Positions 48,176 to 61,804 are shown, numbered from the stretch's first letter. The stretch: DNA of 64,000 bases from Tubulanus polymorphus (GCF_964204645.1 NC_134027.1:8960485-9024484); one strand, 5' to 3'. Program-made: numbers and translations. Notes: generated from the sequence alone by a model not told the origin.

Positions 48176-50981
48176 ACAGCGCTGCAATGGTGACTCCATT
48201 TCCAGTAGTTTTCTCGTAACTTTTACTAGTGATTTTGTCCGTTCGACAAATTTACACTGCAAGGTTTTAGGTAAACACTTGACGTTGTCGACTCGAAATC
48301 CATTTGCGTCATTCTCTCCTATCTTAAAGAGATGAAAAAAAGTTGCAGTTTATTTCTCTTCGAAGCCATGCCGAATATCCCTGTTGCTCACGAGATAATC
48401 ACTAGGCGTACTCCTACGCTTTGAAGCACAAAATAATCATAACCACACGAAGGAAATAACGAAATAATGTCACATAATGCACTCTATTATCTATTTACAT
48501 TTCAGTATTATCTACAGGGAACACGAAATCAGGTATCTCTGTCGGAAGCTTGAAAGCTGACATTCACTCGAAATCATCCTTAACTCATCTCTCCAATTAT
48601 TTTCCAATGTCATCAGTCCTAAAGATCAATGCAGATGAATATAGGTTTTCCTCGTGTTAGTTGTCTAGGAATTACTGATTCCATGATAATGATGCGAATT
48701 AAACCTTTCAGATTTCCTAATTTTGTTTTTTACGGTTTCACTTACATGCTTGTAGTTCGTCATCAGGTTAAATGTTCGGATGATTTCCCATGACAGTCGA
48801 TTCAGGCGGAAAGTTTTCCGATGGCTGGAAGACATTTCTGTTTTTTACGACCACCACGCTCAGTACAGTTGTTGCATAGAACAAACATGTTTGATTTATG
48901 AAAAACGTTTTTTTTTTGTTTTTCATTGCTTGCGCTCCACGTTGGCAATGTTATCATTCTTATGATTACCTAAATGTTTTAGTTACATCTCATCGCATCA
49001 TGGCAGACACAGATAATCAATCCCAAATCGGCCATTCCGACGGCTATTCGCGAATGAATAGGGATGCATATTTCACGAAAAACGAGCCGTTCTTATCTAA
49101 TAACATCAGTGCCATGTTTTTTACCATTTATACGGCGGTCAGTCGCTGGACGCATGATTGATATTCCCCTATCACTGGGGACCATTTGAAGATGTAAGTC
49201 AGGCGAGTTGATTGCCCTGCTGGGCGGCAATGCGTAAGTGGACTATTTGTTACTTAAGACGTAATCAACAATGATGACTAGACGACTATACGACTATACG
49301 TAGTATCTATCTGGAAGGTGGCAGCGGACTAAATAAACTTTCTGCTGTTATTGCACAAGGAAAAGAATACTTGATAAAGAGCGCTGCAAGGTAGCGTCAT
49401 ATGAGAGTGAAAATTCTTTATCCATGTTTCGATTTTGTGTGATATTTGACGTATTTTGACGCATATGCTGACTTTTTCTAGAGACCACATTTTGAGAAGA
49501 TGAAAATAGTTGTAGCGATTTCTGGTGATAAACAGAATCTCCTTGTACAAATCATAACGCTACGCTATTGAATAGTTTGCTCTAGATAGTAAAATTATCA
49601 TTTTCGGATGAAGTGCTAATGCTCTACGGAACATATTTCTATGATTTTTCATGTATTTTTGTTTTCGTTTCTTGGAATTACACTTTTATGTTAAGCTAAT
49701 TTTCTAGATGATGAGAATAGGGTGAGGCAGTTTTTACAATCAATGAGGCATCTGATTTTACTTAGGTATCCATGAATTTTATATATGCACAAATGTAATT
49801 ATATTGACTGATTGGTACATTGACCAGATTACATGACAAGTTGTTTAATGAGCATAATACAGTAACATGAGAACGTTTAAGGTTTTCAGTGTGATTCTGG
49901 TAAAACCAATCTTATCTCGTTCATAAAAAATATTGAGCCTCATAAGTGGGCTCCTCATCGGCCTAATCTGTTTTAATATGATCAGGGGGCCTTGATTGTC
50001 TTGCCCAAGACCCTCGTTTCTTTTCCATCAGCCAAAAATTCCTGTTACGTGTCAGAGCTATTGCTTCTGTGACGTACGAGACTGAATTCCAGGTAAAATG
50101 CGACTAAGTGAAAGGCCATCGGGAAGTTGGAGTAATTTAAGCGAAGGCATCGGTTCATTTAGAAAGGAGTGAAAAGACAGGAATGAACGATAATCAAAAA
50201 AGGAGGAGCATGATCATGAAAGCAAATTGTTATGAAAAAAAGGCAAAACTGATTGCAAAAAGAGCATCTACAAAAGATTTATGCAATTTGATCTTCAGTG
50301 AGTCGCAGAAGCCTTTTTGTTGCTCAATATTTGGAAAAAAGCACTTATCATTTTAAAAGGACATCTTTAAAATAAAAGATTACTATGCGCATTGTAAAAA
50401 TGAATTCGGCCACTTAGTAAATATCACCTATTAGGCCTTTGAGAGAAGTGTAAGATCTAATGTTGCAAGATTCTAAACACTGGGCCCTGGATCTGCTCCT
50501 GTTGATAGATAGATAGATTGATCTCAGTAATCAATCATAAAATAAAGAGTTTGACTGAAACATGATCGTGTGCATTGTCGAACTGTCACTTCTCTTTTTT
50601 TCACACTGATTACCGCGAGAACTTTTTGAAGTCTCTGATGATGTTTACTGTCGTCGATTGAAAGCTGTAGCCAACGAGCGAACAAAGATGGAATCTGACG
50701 TGCTGATTATAAAATGATTTACGCTATCTGATAAGTGAAGCCAATACAACAAGGGAATACCATTACCTATCGATGTGACAATCAACAGTCTGGGTGACAG
50801 AACATGGCATCTGTTCGTCATGAATACTTTCTATTGTAGCTTCACAGTTTTGGTTTTTACAGAGATCCAGTGATCCATCGAATGTAATGTGGTCCTAACG
50901 AATTTGAAGACAAAATCCTAAATTTTATCTGAGATATTCTAAGATAGGATTTGCTGTGAAAGAACGCCGATATCAAATTTG

Positions 50982-51159
50982 AGCTGCCGCATGAGTGTTT
51001 TGACACAGGCCAAAATTTGGTGCTAGGTTAGGCCTGGGCCAACCTTATATGCTCGTATCAATTAATGAGTATGTGCCTGTTAGAGGTCGGCCAAGTTTTA
51101 CTCGGTTCTGGTCTGGGCTCATTTGACCCGGGCTGCATCGTCTCTGCGCGGATTTAGCT
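50982..51159 (-). mobile_element. Degenerate MITE family A copy (reverse)
   Basis: agctgccgcatgagtgttttgacacaggccaaaatttgg ... atttgacccgggc..catcgtctctgcgcg..tagct. Confidence 0.55.
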
Positions 51160-51929
51160 ATGGACTGACATAAATGCTGTAGAATCCTGTTTCTGGACCA
51201 TAGGAAAGGTTTCTAAAGGGTAAATATATCGCAGGCAGCAACTCATTGCTGGCCCTTATTATGCAGATCTCTTGGTGAATTTGTGTTTGCTATTGTAGAA
51301 GAAAAACCCGAGTAATTTCTTCGATTGAAATTTTGATCAAAGAACAGCGAAAACGGTAAAAACCTCGCAAATTGTACGTTCGACGCATCCGACTAGATAA
51401 TTGTATTTACCTAGAACACAGCTGGGACGGAAAATTATCGATGGCAAAACTAATTTTAGGAAATTCGAGACCGGCGAATGAAAAAAATAATCTCATTCGA
51501 AGCGTACATTATATTTGCTTAGATAACAGCGCGCTCACAGACATCATCCATATTGATGAATCGCGTTCATATTTGAAAGAATCAGAAAAATATTATTGAT
51601 CGTTAAGCGACTTGTGGAAATAATGCCATCGGAAAAAATGCCACCAAATTTTGCGGCGACATAGGGAAAAATGCCACTGCTAAAATTGCCACTTTTTGTC
51701 TAGTCAGAAAAAAGTTCTCTAGCCTGAATTTGATTTAAAATCCATGTCCTGGTAAATACCTAACATTTGTTTAGTAATATATTCGCCAGCTTTGTTGAAC
51801 TAAGTTTGCCGAAAGAATACTTGAAAACTATTAATTTTTTTAACTCGAGTCACTACCTCATTTGTTTAGACGATGAGTTGATTAGGGTCTTGAGGATTAC
51901 GCCGCATATTATGCAACTATTTGCTGAAT

Positions 51930-52110
51930 CCATATTCATCGAAAGTGAATCAATATTATCTTACTCATAAGTGCACCTCCTGAATATTCATGCATGATGT
52001 TACAAAAACAGTTCCTGAACTGGTTAAGAAATATGTTACCGTTGCAAGTGATAAGAAATTTGTTGACAAATTTCATTATGACAGGGGCCTGATTCAGGGT
52101 GCGCCCCCAA
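51930..52110 (+). mobile_element. Possible highly degenerate LINE reverse-transcriptase fragment
   Basis: IHRK*INIILLISAPPE..., then VTVASDKKFVDKFHYDRGLIQGAP, loosely like the RT segment before the GVxQG motif; frameshifted. Confidence 0.28.
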
Positions 52111-52769
52111 AACTGGGCATTATAACTAAATCTCAAACAAATCAAACCAAATCTACCGATGCAATAAGTAGCAGGGACCATCTGTTTTAAGATCAAAAAA
52201 GAAAAAGAACTATGGATAAGGAAAAGAAGTTTTCGCAGCTTTTCTTACTGAATGAGCATCATTTTTTCTCACTGGAACTTGAGTAATGATATCATTAGGG
52301 TCACTCTCTCGTCATTTAACTCGCACTTATAATCATAATTCATCGATTTATATTCAACTGCTTTTCGTGTGTATTCTTGCGTCATCCTGTTTTATTCATT
52401 TGCCCTGGCATTGTTTAGTTGTCCGTTGGGTGTGATATACGCTGCATCACTACCCACGGAAAATATCCATCGTATATCTCCCGGCTGACTCGTTACTGTT
52501 CCCTTTTATTTTCAAAATATTCATCGCATCAAATATTGATCATATAGAGCAAAGTTTTCGGGGGACCTCCGAGTAATCATGTCGTAAAATGCAAAATGTA
52601 ATCGTCTTTGAATATTGCGTAGCTAATTCAATTCAGCCGAGCGAGATATAATCGTGTCGTAGATTTATGGTAAGCGTCGAAGAAACTTAGGCGAAGGGGT
52701 AGTTTTTTTTGGATACGTCTATGGGTTATACTTCTATCTAAGCTGGCAATGAGGCCGGCTGGCAATGAA

Positions 52770-52998
52770 GCAGGGAATTGTCCATTCTTGAAAAAGTCAG
52801 GGAATAGTCAAAACCATCGTCTAAAAGCTAAAAGTCAGGGAAATTTGTCAAGATTGTTTATGTCTTTGTTTTAGATATTTGACTGTGTTGATTTATTGGA
52901 TTCTTCCCAGATCGAAGTCTGGGAAATCAAGGTGCATGTCAGGGAATATTCACGGAAAAGTCAGGCAAAAACCAAGTCAAATAATAGTGGCCACCCTG
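52770..52998. mobile_element. hAT-like MITE, same family as 13371-13590 (right end intact)
   Basis: aaaagtcagggaa repeats, ends gtggccaccctg. Confidence 0.65.
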
Positions 52999-54943
52999 TG
53001 AAGGCCCTATTGTTTGAAATCTAAATCATTTCCAAAATATGTCGTTCCGAGCATGTAGTGGTAGACCAGCAATTCGAATACCCTATTGTTAAGCATTTCT
53101 GCTGCTCTGATTTTCTCAACGTGGAATAGGTTTCGAAAATAGATACTGCATATATAACGTATATAGCAAAGAACGCATCCTTACTTTGATAGAATATCCT
53201 TCAAAACATTGTCGAGCGTCATCGAACATAGAGGAGACACTGCTGATAATCTAGTCATCGTATCAGGTAATTCAGTCTCCCGGAAATGAGAAAAGTTTTA
53301 TCTTGGTTTCGTCACCGTCGACAGTGTTCGCGATAGCGTACGAGGTATCGCCTGCTGGAATAGTTTGGTTCAGTCGTCGACGAGTTTTTGAGTCGCGAGA
53401 CCGCAAACTTCTCGCGGCGTGTGATAATGTAACGTAGTAAATCGGAAACTAGTCGCGACAACCAGCCGGGCTAAGGTGAGGTTTCATTGATCATGAAAAA
53501 TGCGATCACAGGCCATTAGCGGTGAGACGATCCCGATACCTGGAAACAAATTTATCATGAGATGCGAATGATTTTGCTGCCTATCAGGTGTATTAGACTG
53601 ATGTATTTCCAATAAAGTTGTGTGCACCAGTGACTGGGCATCTAGGGAAGAGTTTTCTATTTGAAAAACTTGTAATGGAAAATAGCGAACAGAACGTCAT
53701 TCTCGGTTCTTGAAACCTTCTGCACATGTTCTGATTGAATATCGTAGGTATTTTGCCCTGCGCAAAGTTGGTACTCATTGATTTAGTGCAAAATATAAGC
53801 CCGCGAAGGAGGAGCTGTACTAATAAACCATTAGAGATAAAATCCTAAAAGAATAAAAGGTAATTTTATGGATGTCCAGGGGGAATATACATGAGTACAG
53901 CGGAACGTAAGTTCATTCTGGTAATCCCAAATGCAGAAAGTGATACCCACGTAGTAAATCAATGATTTCTTTTTCCGAGATTGATACGCTAACCCCTATC
54001 ATCAGTTTTGGAGTAATAACACATATGCATTGGCATTGGAAGCGGCGCAGAGTTACCTGCTCAGCTAAACGTACTTGATGCTGCATTAAAAATCATCAAA
54101 TAAATTGAATATTTGATGAACAGCATAATGCGCTGAAAAAAATGATGCAGCCAATTTTCTATGCATTCTTCAGCTCACACGTGCAGGGCTTTAAGCTAAA
54201 AGGTTGGGTCTGCGAGTATGTCTGGAGGTCCAAGGAGGTCGTGTTGCATAAACCAATTTTGTAGATCTGTTACTCAGATGTTTAACCGAGCTACCCGAGC
54301 CTTGATGGAATCATTTTTATCGGATATAGGATCTTGAAGAATAGCTATGGGGTGTTTGTTGCAATAAACATCGACAAAAAGGCATTCATATTTGTCGCCG
54401 AGCTAGTCGCTTGTCATTGAAACAAACTTGATAGTATCATTTATTTTTATTGGCTGTTCCTATATATCTTATTTTTCCAACTGAAATGATATATATTATG
54501 AAATAACATCTATTATATAGATTATATTATATAGACATCTATTATATATTGAAGATACCCTTCGATGGGGGGTGACTTTTTCAAGAAATCAATGTAACGA
54601 AGATGAAAACCTACCTGAATTTCATTTTCTTGATCGCGGGTACCTTGCATCCAAACTGTAAGGAAAGGAAATTTCGGAGTAGAGTTTTAATCCGGAAATG
54701 TCAGTAGCTACCGGCACCGATGTATAGGTAAATTAAAGTGAGACAAGAAATGACGGCATCAGGATCAGTTGAGGTAAACATCGGAGTTGTGTGCGAACAG
54801 TGCCTGATCACATTCAAACATGTCAGAAAAATTGCTATTTCAGGTGAACAGATGTCTACTGAAACTAATCTGCATGATGATGAATAGAGAATCCCGCAAT
54901 AATAACAAAAAGTCCAAAAATGTTTCCTTGAGCTAGTAGTTCA

Positions 54944-54983
54944 CTCGACATTTCGACTATATTCCAATAGTCATCTTGAGGAA
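54944..54983 (-). ncRNA. Minimal type-I hammerhead ribozyme-like motif, core variant; left arm of a head-to-head pair
   Basis: Minus strand: TTC CTCAAGA T GACTAT TGGAAT ATAGTC GAAAT GTC GAG; G5 replaced by C. An inverted copy ctgaagataactatta|gaata starts at 54986 and is interrupted by MITE E. Confidence 0.55.
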
Positions 54984-55001
54984 TACTGAAGATAACTATT
55001 A

Positions 55002-55788
55002 AGCCGGGCTCAGATCGACCTTACGACGCGACTCAACTGTCGGCGACTGTCGTAGATTGCACTCAGATCGAATTCAGCGATAATCGCGGACCAGTTGCTA
55101 TTGGTCGTAACGACTGGACGTGAGCGCGCTCACATTGACACCGATACACCGAGGCGTGGGCTCCCTACGAGTAGATCACGTGACCCGTTCGAAGCTACGT
55201 GCACACATTTCCCAATAAAAAATAACAACATGTATGCCATTTTATTCCATAAACTCTCCATCTATTTAGCGGCATTATTGTGAGAGAAAAATTGAAATTT
55301 TTAGAGTGATTCAAATAATATTCATGATTTTAGGCTATTCATCAAAGGTTTTTTATTATCAACATGCAAAAATGTCATGGAAAGGCGGCAGCGGCAGCAG
55401 CAGCAGCGGCGTTGTATATGGAGGCTGTGTTTCTCTTCTCACAATAACAAAGAGCTTTCCTTCATATTTGGCAGGCCATGAGGTCGCCATGTTCATTTCT
55501 GATCCACCACTGATTGGCTGGAATTAGTTGTCGAGTCGGCAACTCATCACAGAAACACGCACACCGACAACGACGAGTCGGCGACTGGTTCTGTTGCGTC
55601 ATAGAAGTTGAGCATGTTCAACTCCTGCGATTCAGTCGCCGATCGTGAAAATCTGTCGCACGACGGTCGTAGCTAGCCTCAGATCGACTAGAATTGGTGA
55701 CGAAAATCATGCGACGATCGGCGGTAGTCGCCGGAAAACCAGTCGCCGACCAGTTGAGTCGCGTCGTTAGGTCGATCTGAGCCCCCCT
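55002..55788. mobile_element. 787-bp PIF/Harbinger-like non-autonomous element (family E) with TTA TSD
   Basis: ~45-bp TIRs: agccgggctcagatcgaccttacgacgcgactcaactg.tcggcgactg / cagtcgccgaccagttgagtcgcgtcgttaggtcgatctgagcccccct. TTA at 54999-55001 and 55789-55791. Confidence 0.9.
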
Positions 55789-56570
55789 TTAGAATACTAC
55801 TGGGTCTTGGAAACGTTTCCGTCTCAACATTATTTTTCCATTATTATTGTGGGATTCTCTTTATATAATCATCACAACGTCGATACAGTGTTTTTATCAA
55901 CGGTTAGTCTCTCTTGTACTTTTACGCTGTATTCTAAACTTTTAATTTTTTATCAATGAGAAAAATCTGTTTCCAAATAGTGTTTGACTGGCAATGTAAT
56001 GTGCTGTAGTTGTCACAGATGGGACGGTTTAGGTACAATTTCAACTTCCACGTTCTGTCAGGTTACGTCGAATATCGGTTGATAGATTCGCTGCTTCGAA
56101 TGTTTTTATTGCGGTATGATATCGTATGAGTTATGGAGTATTATCGAAGATCGCGAACGTTCGTTGGCAGATTCATAACTTTTAAGATATGAAGTAGCTG
56201 ATAAAAACAACGCGTTGTTACATCATGTTTTACGAACGGCAGTCTGAATGTTTACTGCTTGTCCATTCATACGTAAATGCTATCAGTCACTGTCTCTCAA
56301 TCGTCATTACAAACTCGTTTATTGCGCGCTATTTTTACACCCTCCAAAGCCTTGTCTTGAGTAATCGGGTTCAAAAGGCTGCGTTGACAATGCTGATGTC
56401 ACCTCTGTCTGTCTGGCTGGTTAAACCTTTGAAATATAGTCGCTGCATTACACCTTGGAGTAATCAGTCTGATTACACCGATATGACCATTTGAACTCAT
56501 TTGATTATTTTCCCGCTGGATTTTCATTACCGTAGATCATTTTCTTTCCTCATCATTTAATTCTGGTTAT

Positions 56571-56780
56571 TGTCACGATCACACAGAGATGATTTGGCCT
56601 GGGCCAAATTGGCATGGATCAGGCCCTAGTCAAATTTTGCCCGTGCCTAATTAGAGAGTGCGTTCACACATAAACCACTAATTTGATACTAAAAATTGTC
56701 AAACAAATTGAATCATTTCTAGAACCGGTTGCAATTCAAGCGCAATCATTTGTCCCATGCTCAAATTTGGCTTGGGCCTA
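56571..56780 (+). mobile_element. MITE family A, 3'-truncated copy
   Basis: gtcacgatcacacagagatgatttggcctgggccaaattggcatggatcaggccc...cctaattagagagtgcgttcacac. Confidence 0.8.
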
Positions 56781-59230
56781 GCCCCGCACACGAGCACTTC
56801 CATTCATATTGCATCTACAAGATTCAGGGTTTTGCAAGGGAAAACTTTTAGAAATACACGTAAACTGCGTAAGGCAATAATGGAAATCAGTGATCACTGC
56901 AAATGCTGTGAATGTGTTGAACATCAACCGATCTGTCATGAAAAATACTTGACTACAAAACTGTGACTGCCCGAGGCAACTCTCCGAAAAAAAAATTTCT
57001 ACCGATGTAAAAAAATCAAATTAGCTCAATCTTTTCAGGCGGCCTCCACTTCTTATCATTTCATGACAACGGATTATTCAAAATCGACTGGGTTTATGCT
57101 GCATAATTGTCTCATGTATGGTAAAGTTGATAGGTGTTAATGTTGATTCAAGACGTCTGTCTGCTATAGTTCGGAGTTGGGTTGCAGTTAATGATGGTTA
57201 TTTCATACTCGGATGACGTTTGCAAGAAGCTAGAGGCTCTGCAACTCGGGTTACCGAAGCCGGGTTTCGAATTCGTATTTCTGCATCATTATTTTAATGA
57301 ACGGATAGAATTTATTGGCTGGATAATTTGCACATTGTGTCGTGCCGCTGATCAATAAGCCATTTTACTCTTTCTAGCCGCGATTTTGTTTGTTATGTTT
57401 TCTAAAAATTATTTGCGATGTATATTTCATCATATTTTTTACCAGTCCTGTCGGTTTATATCTCTTATCAATATCTCTTATTTTTTGCTTAAGGCTGAAT
57501 CGACTTTTCTCTGAAGTAAACCCATTATCGATGAAAGCTATACGAAAACGCTGAGCAGGAAAGTGACTCTTCAAATCTTTCTGTAAGCTTGTATGATTAT
57601 ATTTGGATTCTGGAGCTTAAAATCCATATAGAAGTTAATTGAAAATTAACTACTTTGAGTAACATTAAGCGTAGCGTATCCATTGATAAATTGGAGACAT
57701 CTAGTTGCCTGGCAGGTTATGGTGTTTAAGAGGAACTGGCTGGAGTTCAGTTGCTTGAACGCATCGATTTACACGCGAGCTTTAAGCCTGGTGAGCGAGG
57801 ATCTATCTTCAGTTCCAGCCAGTTGCCCATATTATACTTTTGAGCAACTGGTTGTACTCGGTATCCACACATTGTGCAACTGACAAAAACAAAGCAAAAT
57901 GGCACGGGACATAGGATATCCTCTAGAATATTTGCAAGATAACACATTTTAGTTGTTGTTCGATGGCTGCAATATGGGTCTTAGACTAGCACACTTCACA
58001 AAGTTGCTGGTTTCCACGAGATCTTTTATGTGTACTCTTTCACTTACTTACAACTGGATCTGATCATTTGTTACTCCAAATGTCCAACAGTTGATGGAAA
58101 TCGGATTGTTCTATTAAAACCCTATGTAGCGTATTAGTTAACATGGAGTTTTCTGTTGTATAAGATATCAACTATGCCCAGTTTTAACTTTGTGGCTCTT
58201 TAACCGATCTAATGAATCAGTGCCTAAATTCTTGCTTCAGAAGTATTCGGTGATGAGTTCGTTGAAAGCTGGTGAAATCCGTTTTGATCTCTGTAGCTAG
58301 AAGGAATAAATGTTACTCAACATGGGGTCTATGTTAAACGCCTGCCAGGTGGAGAACTTTGTACAGGTGTATCATAAATGATAACATCATGTGCTGTGAA
58401 GTTCTTAGCGGTCAGTGACCTGCGCACAAAAAGAATCTATATGCTTATTGAATAAACGATGGTGATAAGGTAATAAGTACGTATCACATATGAAGTTTAC
58501 TAAAGAACTGTGTCAGGATTACTTCGAGAAAAAGCAATTTTCCCCCAACGGGCGCACCGTTTGATTGAGTAGCCCATTGGTCGTTATTCCCGGACATATA
58601 GCAATGATACTAAGTGCACTTATGCTCCTCTGCGATGGACAGTTGGATAAACATTTTAGATATAAGTTCTACTAAAACCAACATCATATCTATCTCATAA
58701 ACCCATACTTATCAATTACCTGCTTATCTGAGAATATCAGTTGTCGGACAACAATGCCTTTTGATACCCGATACCTTGATAAGATTGATGAATATCTTTT
58801 AACCCTTTACACCACATATCCTATTAAATGATGGACAAACTCATCACCACTGATTAATTAGCAGTAACAGAATGAGCCCCCCAGTTGCATGTTTACCTTT
58901 TGCTAACAAGCAATTGTTGGAATATACCGTTGAAGGTAAATCTAAACCGAGAACGAACCTGATCTTAAACAGCGAACGAACCTGATCTTTCTGAAGTTAC
59001 GCATAAGATCAACCATTCCACGTTTTTGTATCAAAATACAAGACCAGAATCGAAGGAAACCTCTTTGTTCAAAACATGGAAATGAACTCATTATGTTAGG
59101 TTTTGGTGGCTGGATGGTTCATTTGCGTGTGGTATATTGAAGAAGCATGCCCATATACATATCACTAATAAGCCATGAAATGCAAATGTCAATGAAGATA
59201 TTTGTAACGCAATTACCATTGCAGGTCATA

Positions 59231-59680
59231 CAGTGGGTAATTCATACATGAAATGCCCATGAATGCTGTTCCAGTTTGCTCCTCAGATTAATCACGGCGT
59301 GGACAATTTGTTCTTAAGCTCTTCAATCATTTCCAAATGCCAATAGATTACTGGCCATATTCACATGTGTCTCTTCTTAATTGTATTCATACCTAAGCAC
59401 TAAAGCACTTTGATAATGATAAGTCCGGTGATGGAGAGATATAGAAATGGTTTCAAATTGTCTCCATGATTTTTGTTGATGAGCTGGCGCACACACCAGG
59501 CATGCGCATTCTCGTCTTCCAACTGAGTATTTTGATCAGCCAAAACTACAAAGCTCTACGTTTCTTAAGAAGTTCCATCGTTCTCCTGTTTCCAATTTCT
59601 GTTTCAATTTGCTCGATTGCATCTAGATTTATTTGTACCGTCATAAAGCATTGTCCTCACGCCGCTTGAAAAAACAGCGA
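59231..59680 (-). mobile_element. Probable Tc1/mariner transposase fossil with one TIR end
   Basis: Minus strand reads QLEDENAHAWCVRQLINK...(frameshift)SPDLS, like the Tc1/mariner QDDNARPH...SPDL(S/N)PIE motifs. It ends ...cccactg-TA (plus strand TA-cagtg at 59229). Confidence 0.45.
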
Positions 59681-61804
59681 AATAATCTCTGTATGTAAAC
59701 TCAGAATGTAAACTCATCCTGATGCTCAATACTTTTTCACCCTTGCAGCCCTATTTAGACATACCTACAGCACATACATATATACACGAATTTCGAAAGG
59801 TAATTTGTTTTCTTCGCCTGTAGATACTGCCCGAGTATCAACTGTGATAATTGGACTTTTACCTGTGCGCACTGGTGCAGAAATTGCTGCGGAATGTTCT
59901 TAGCTGTGAACACGTGAAATGTTTCCGCGGCCATCATTTTCGCCCAGTAGTTGCTATTACACTGTCTCGTTTTATTTTGATTCAGGTTTTAAGAAATATT
60001 TGGGGGAGAGACATTGGCCAAATGGTTGAAGCCAGCCGGTCACAAGTTCAAATTGTGATGAAGTTAGGGGAAATGATGGTGGGGGGTACTTTGGACAGAA
60101 ACCCACGTAATTTCACACAAATTATTAATAAACAATCCTTTGATGGCTGGCCTTCTGGACAAGGGACGACTGGATCCAGTTAGATAGTTCTTCGTTTAAT
60201 TTGACTAGAAGAGTTGAATCAGTTCATTTTCAATTAGTTTACTCTAGACTCAACCTAAACAACCAACTGTGCAACCACGGTCACGCTCAAAGACGCATCT
60301 ATATGGGGGTGACAATGTGAACTCTTTCTCACATCGTCACCTATAACAGATATCTGCAATTACGGCCCACGGGGTTCTTTGGAAAAAAAACACTTTGTAA
60401 AAAATCTAGATCATCTTCGCCAGTATAAAATCAGTCAAAAGACCGCAAAATTTTCAGCTGTGTAAATGTATAAATATCAAGACTAGGAAACAAAGGAGTT
60501 TTAGTTTTTTGTCAAAGTACACCTCAGTCAGGCAAGGTTATCGACATTTTGTCTCCATCATGTATTCGTTCTTTTGGTCACTTTTATGAAGTGTTAAGGA
60601 GACTTATGAAAGTGTTCCATTTGCCACATCGCATTGATGGAGTTATAATCTCATTTATATGCGTCTGCTAAAAGGAAATATTGACTTATTCAAAGTACAT
60701 TATTATGTCACAGACAAAAAAATCTCAGTGTTGCGCCAACTATCTGCTTGTTCAGAAGACTGATACGCTACTTTTTCCTGAAAAATAGATATACGCATCC
60801 GTGTTATCAACAAAGCAAATCTTTTTTTTTTCATCTAGCAAAGGGACTGGGGAAGACTGAACATTGGCTTCAGGAATTGACCTAGTTACTGTTTGCTGGG
60901 TTTTTGTACATTTCGACACCTGATATTGATTCAGAGCTCTCAATAATCTTCAAAGAATCATCGTCATTTGTCACGAAAACCAACCACCGCAATCTTATGA
61001 TTCAGCTGTTAAACCTGCTCCTCATATGATCCTGTTATTCATATGATGAATGATTTTTATCAAGACCTGCTGTTGCGCCTAATGGGTGAATCTTTGCAGT
61101 GCGTGGGTGTAAATTTATGTGATTAGCCACTAGGTACCGGCATCTGTTTGCCAAGAATCGAAAATTCCCTTCCGGATTCAATCTTGTCAGGCTCCATTTC
61201 CCACTGACCAATAGAAATCTTATTGCAGTAAAATGAGCTTAGCAGGCTGTCATGTAACTCAACTAAGAAACCTGATGTAGGGACTGGTTTCGAAATCTCA
61301 CTTCCGACAACGAAAATTATTCTTTATTTTCTATACCTGTTCGTGCTAGCTAAATTCTCAATTATCATGAATACGATACGAAACGAAGTACATTTACGTG
61401 AAAGAAACGTGAAAATGGATCTCTTTGGTGTCATAAATGACGGCATCTTTCTCAAGTAGATTTTCAGCTTAATCGGCTTAGGTTCGCTAACAAGTCAGAA
61501 GACAAAAATGTATGGATCGATAGATGGACCCGTGTATGTCGATAGTCAGTGACCGGTGATAAGCTCAGAGACAATTTTAGAATAAATTTATCGCCCAGAT
61601 TTCCAGACTGTAGTCTCCTTTGTCAATCCATTATGGTGTCATTAACATCAAACACTCGTCGCCATTAGCTAATAGCTATATCTATGATTTCTGAAATAAT
61701 TTATCGATTGTTAAGGACGTATGATTTCCGAAACAGTTTTTCTTCTCTTCCCTATTGCACGATAAGATCTTAAAATCTTGAGCGTGCGGTAGTTAGAAGA
61801 GATA

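Noticed and set aside
50636-58270. Other CTGATGA/TGATGA...GAAA words (e.g. ~50636 and ~58250) as hammerheads or C/D snoRNAs
   Set aside because: No stem II/stem I pairing or terminal stems to support either structure.
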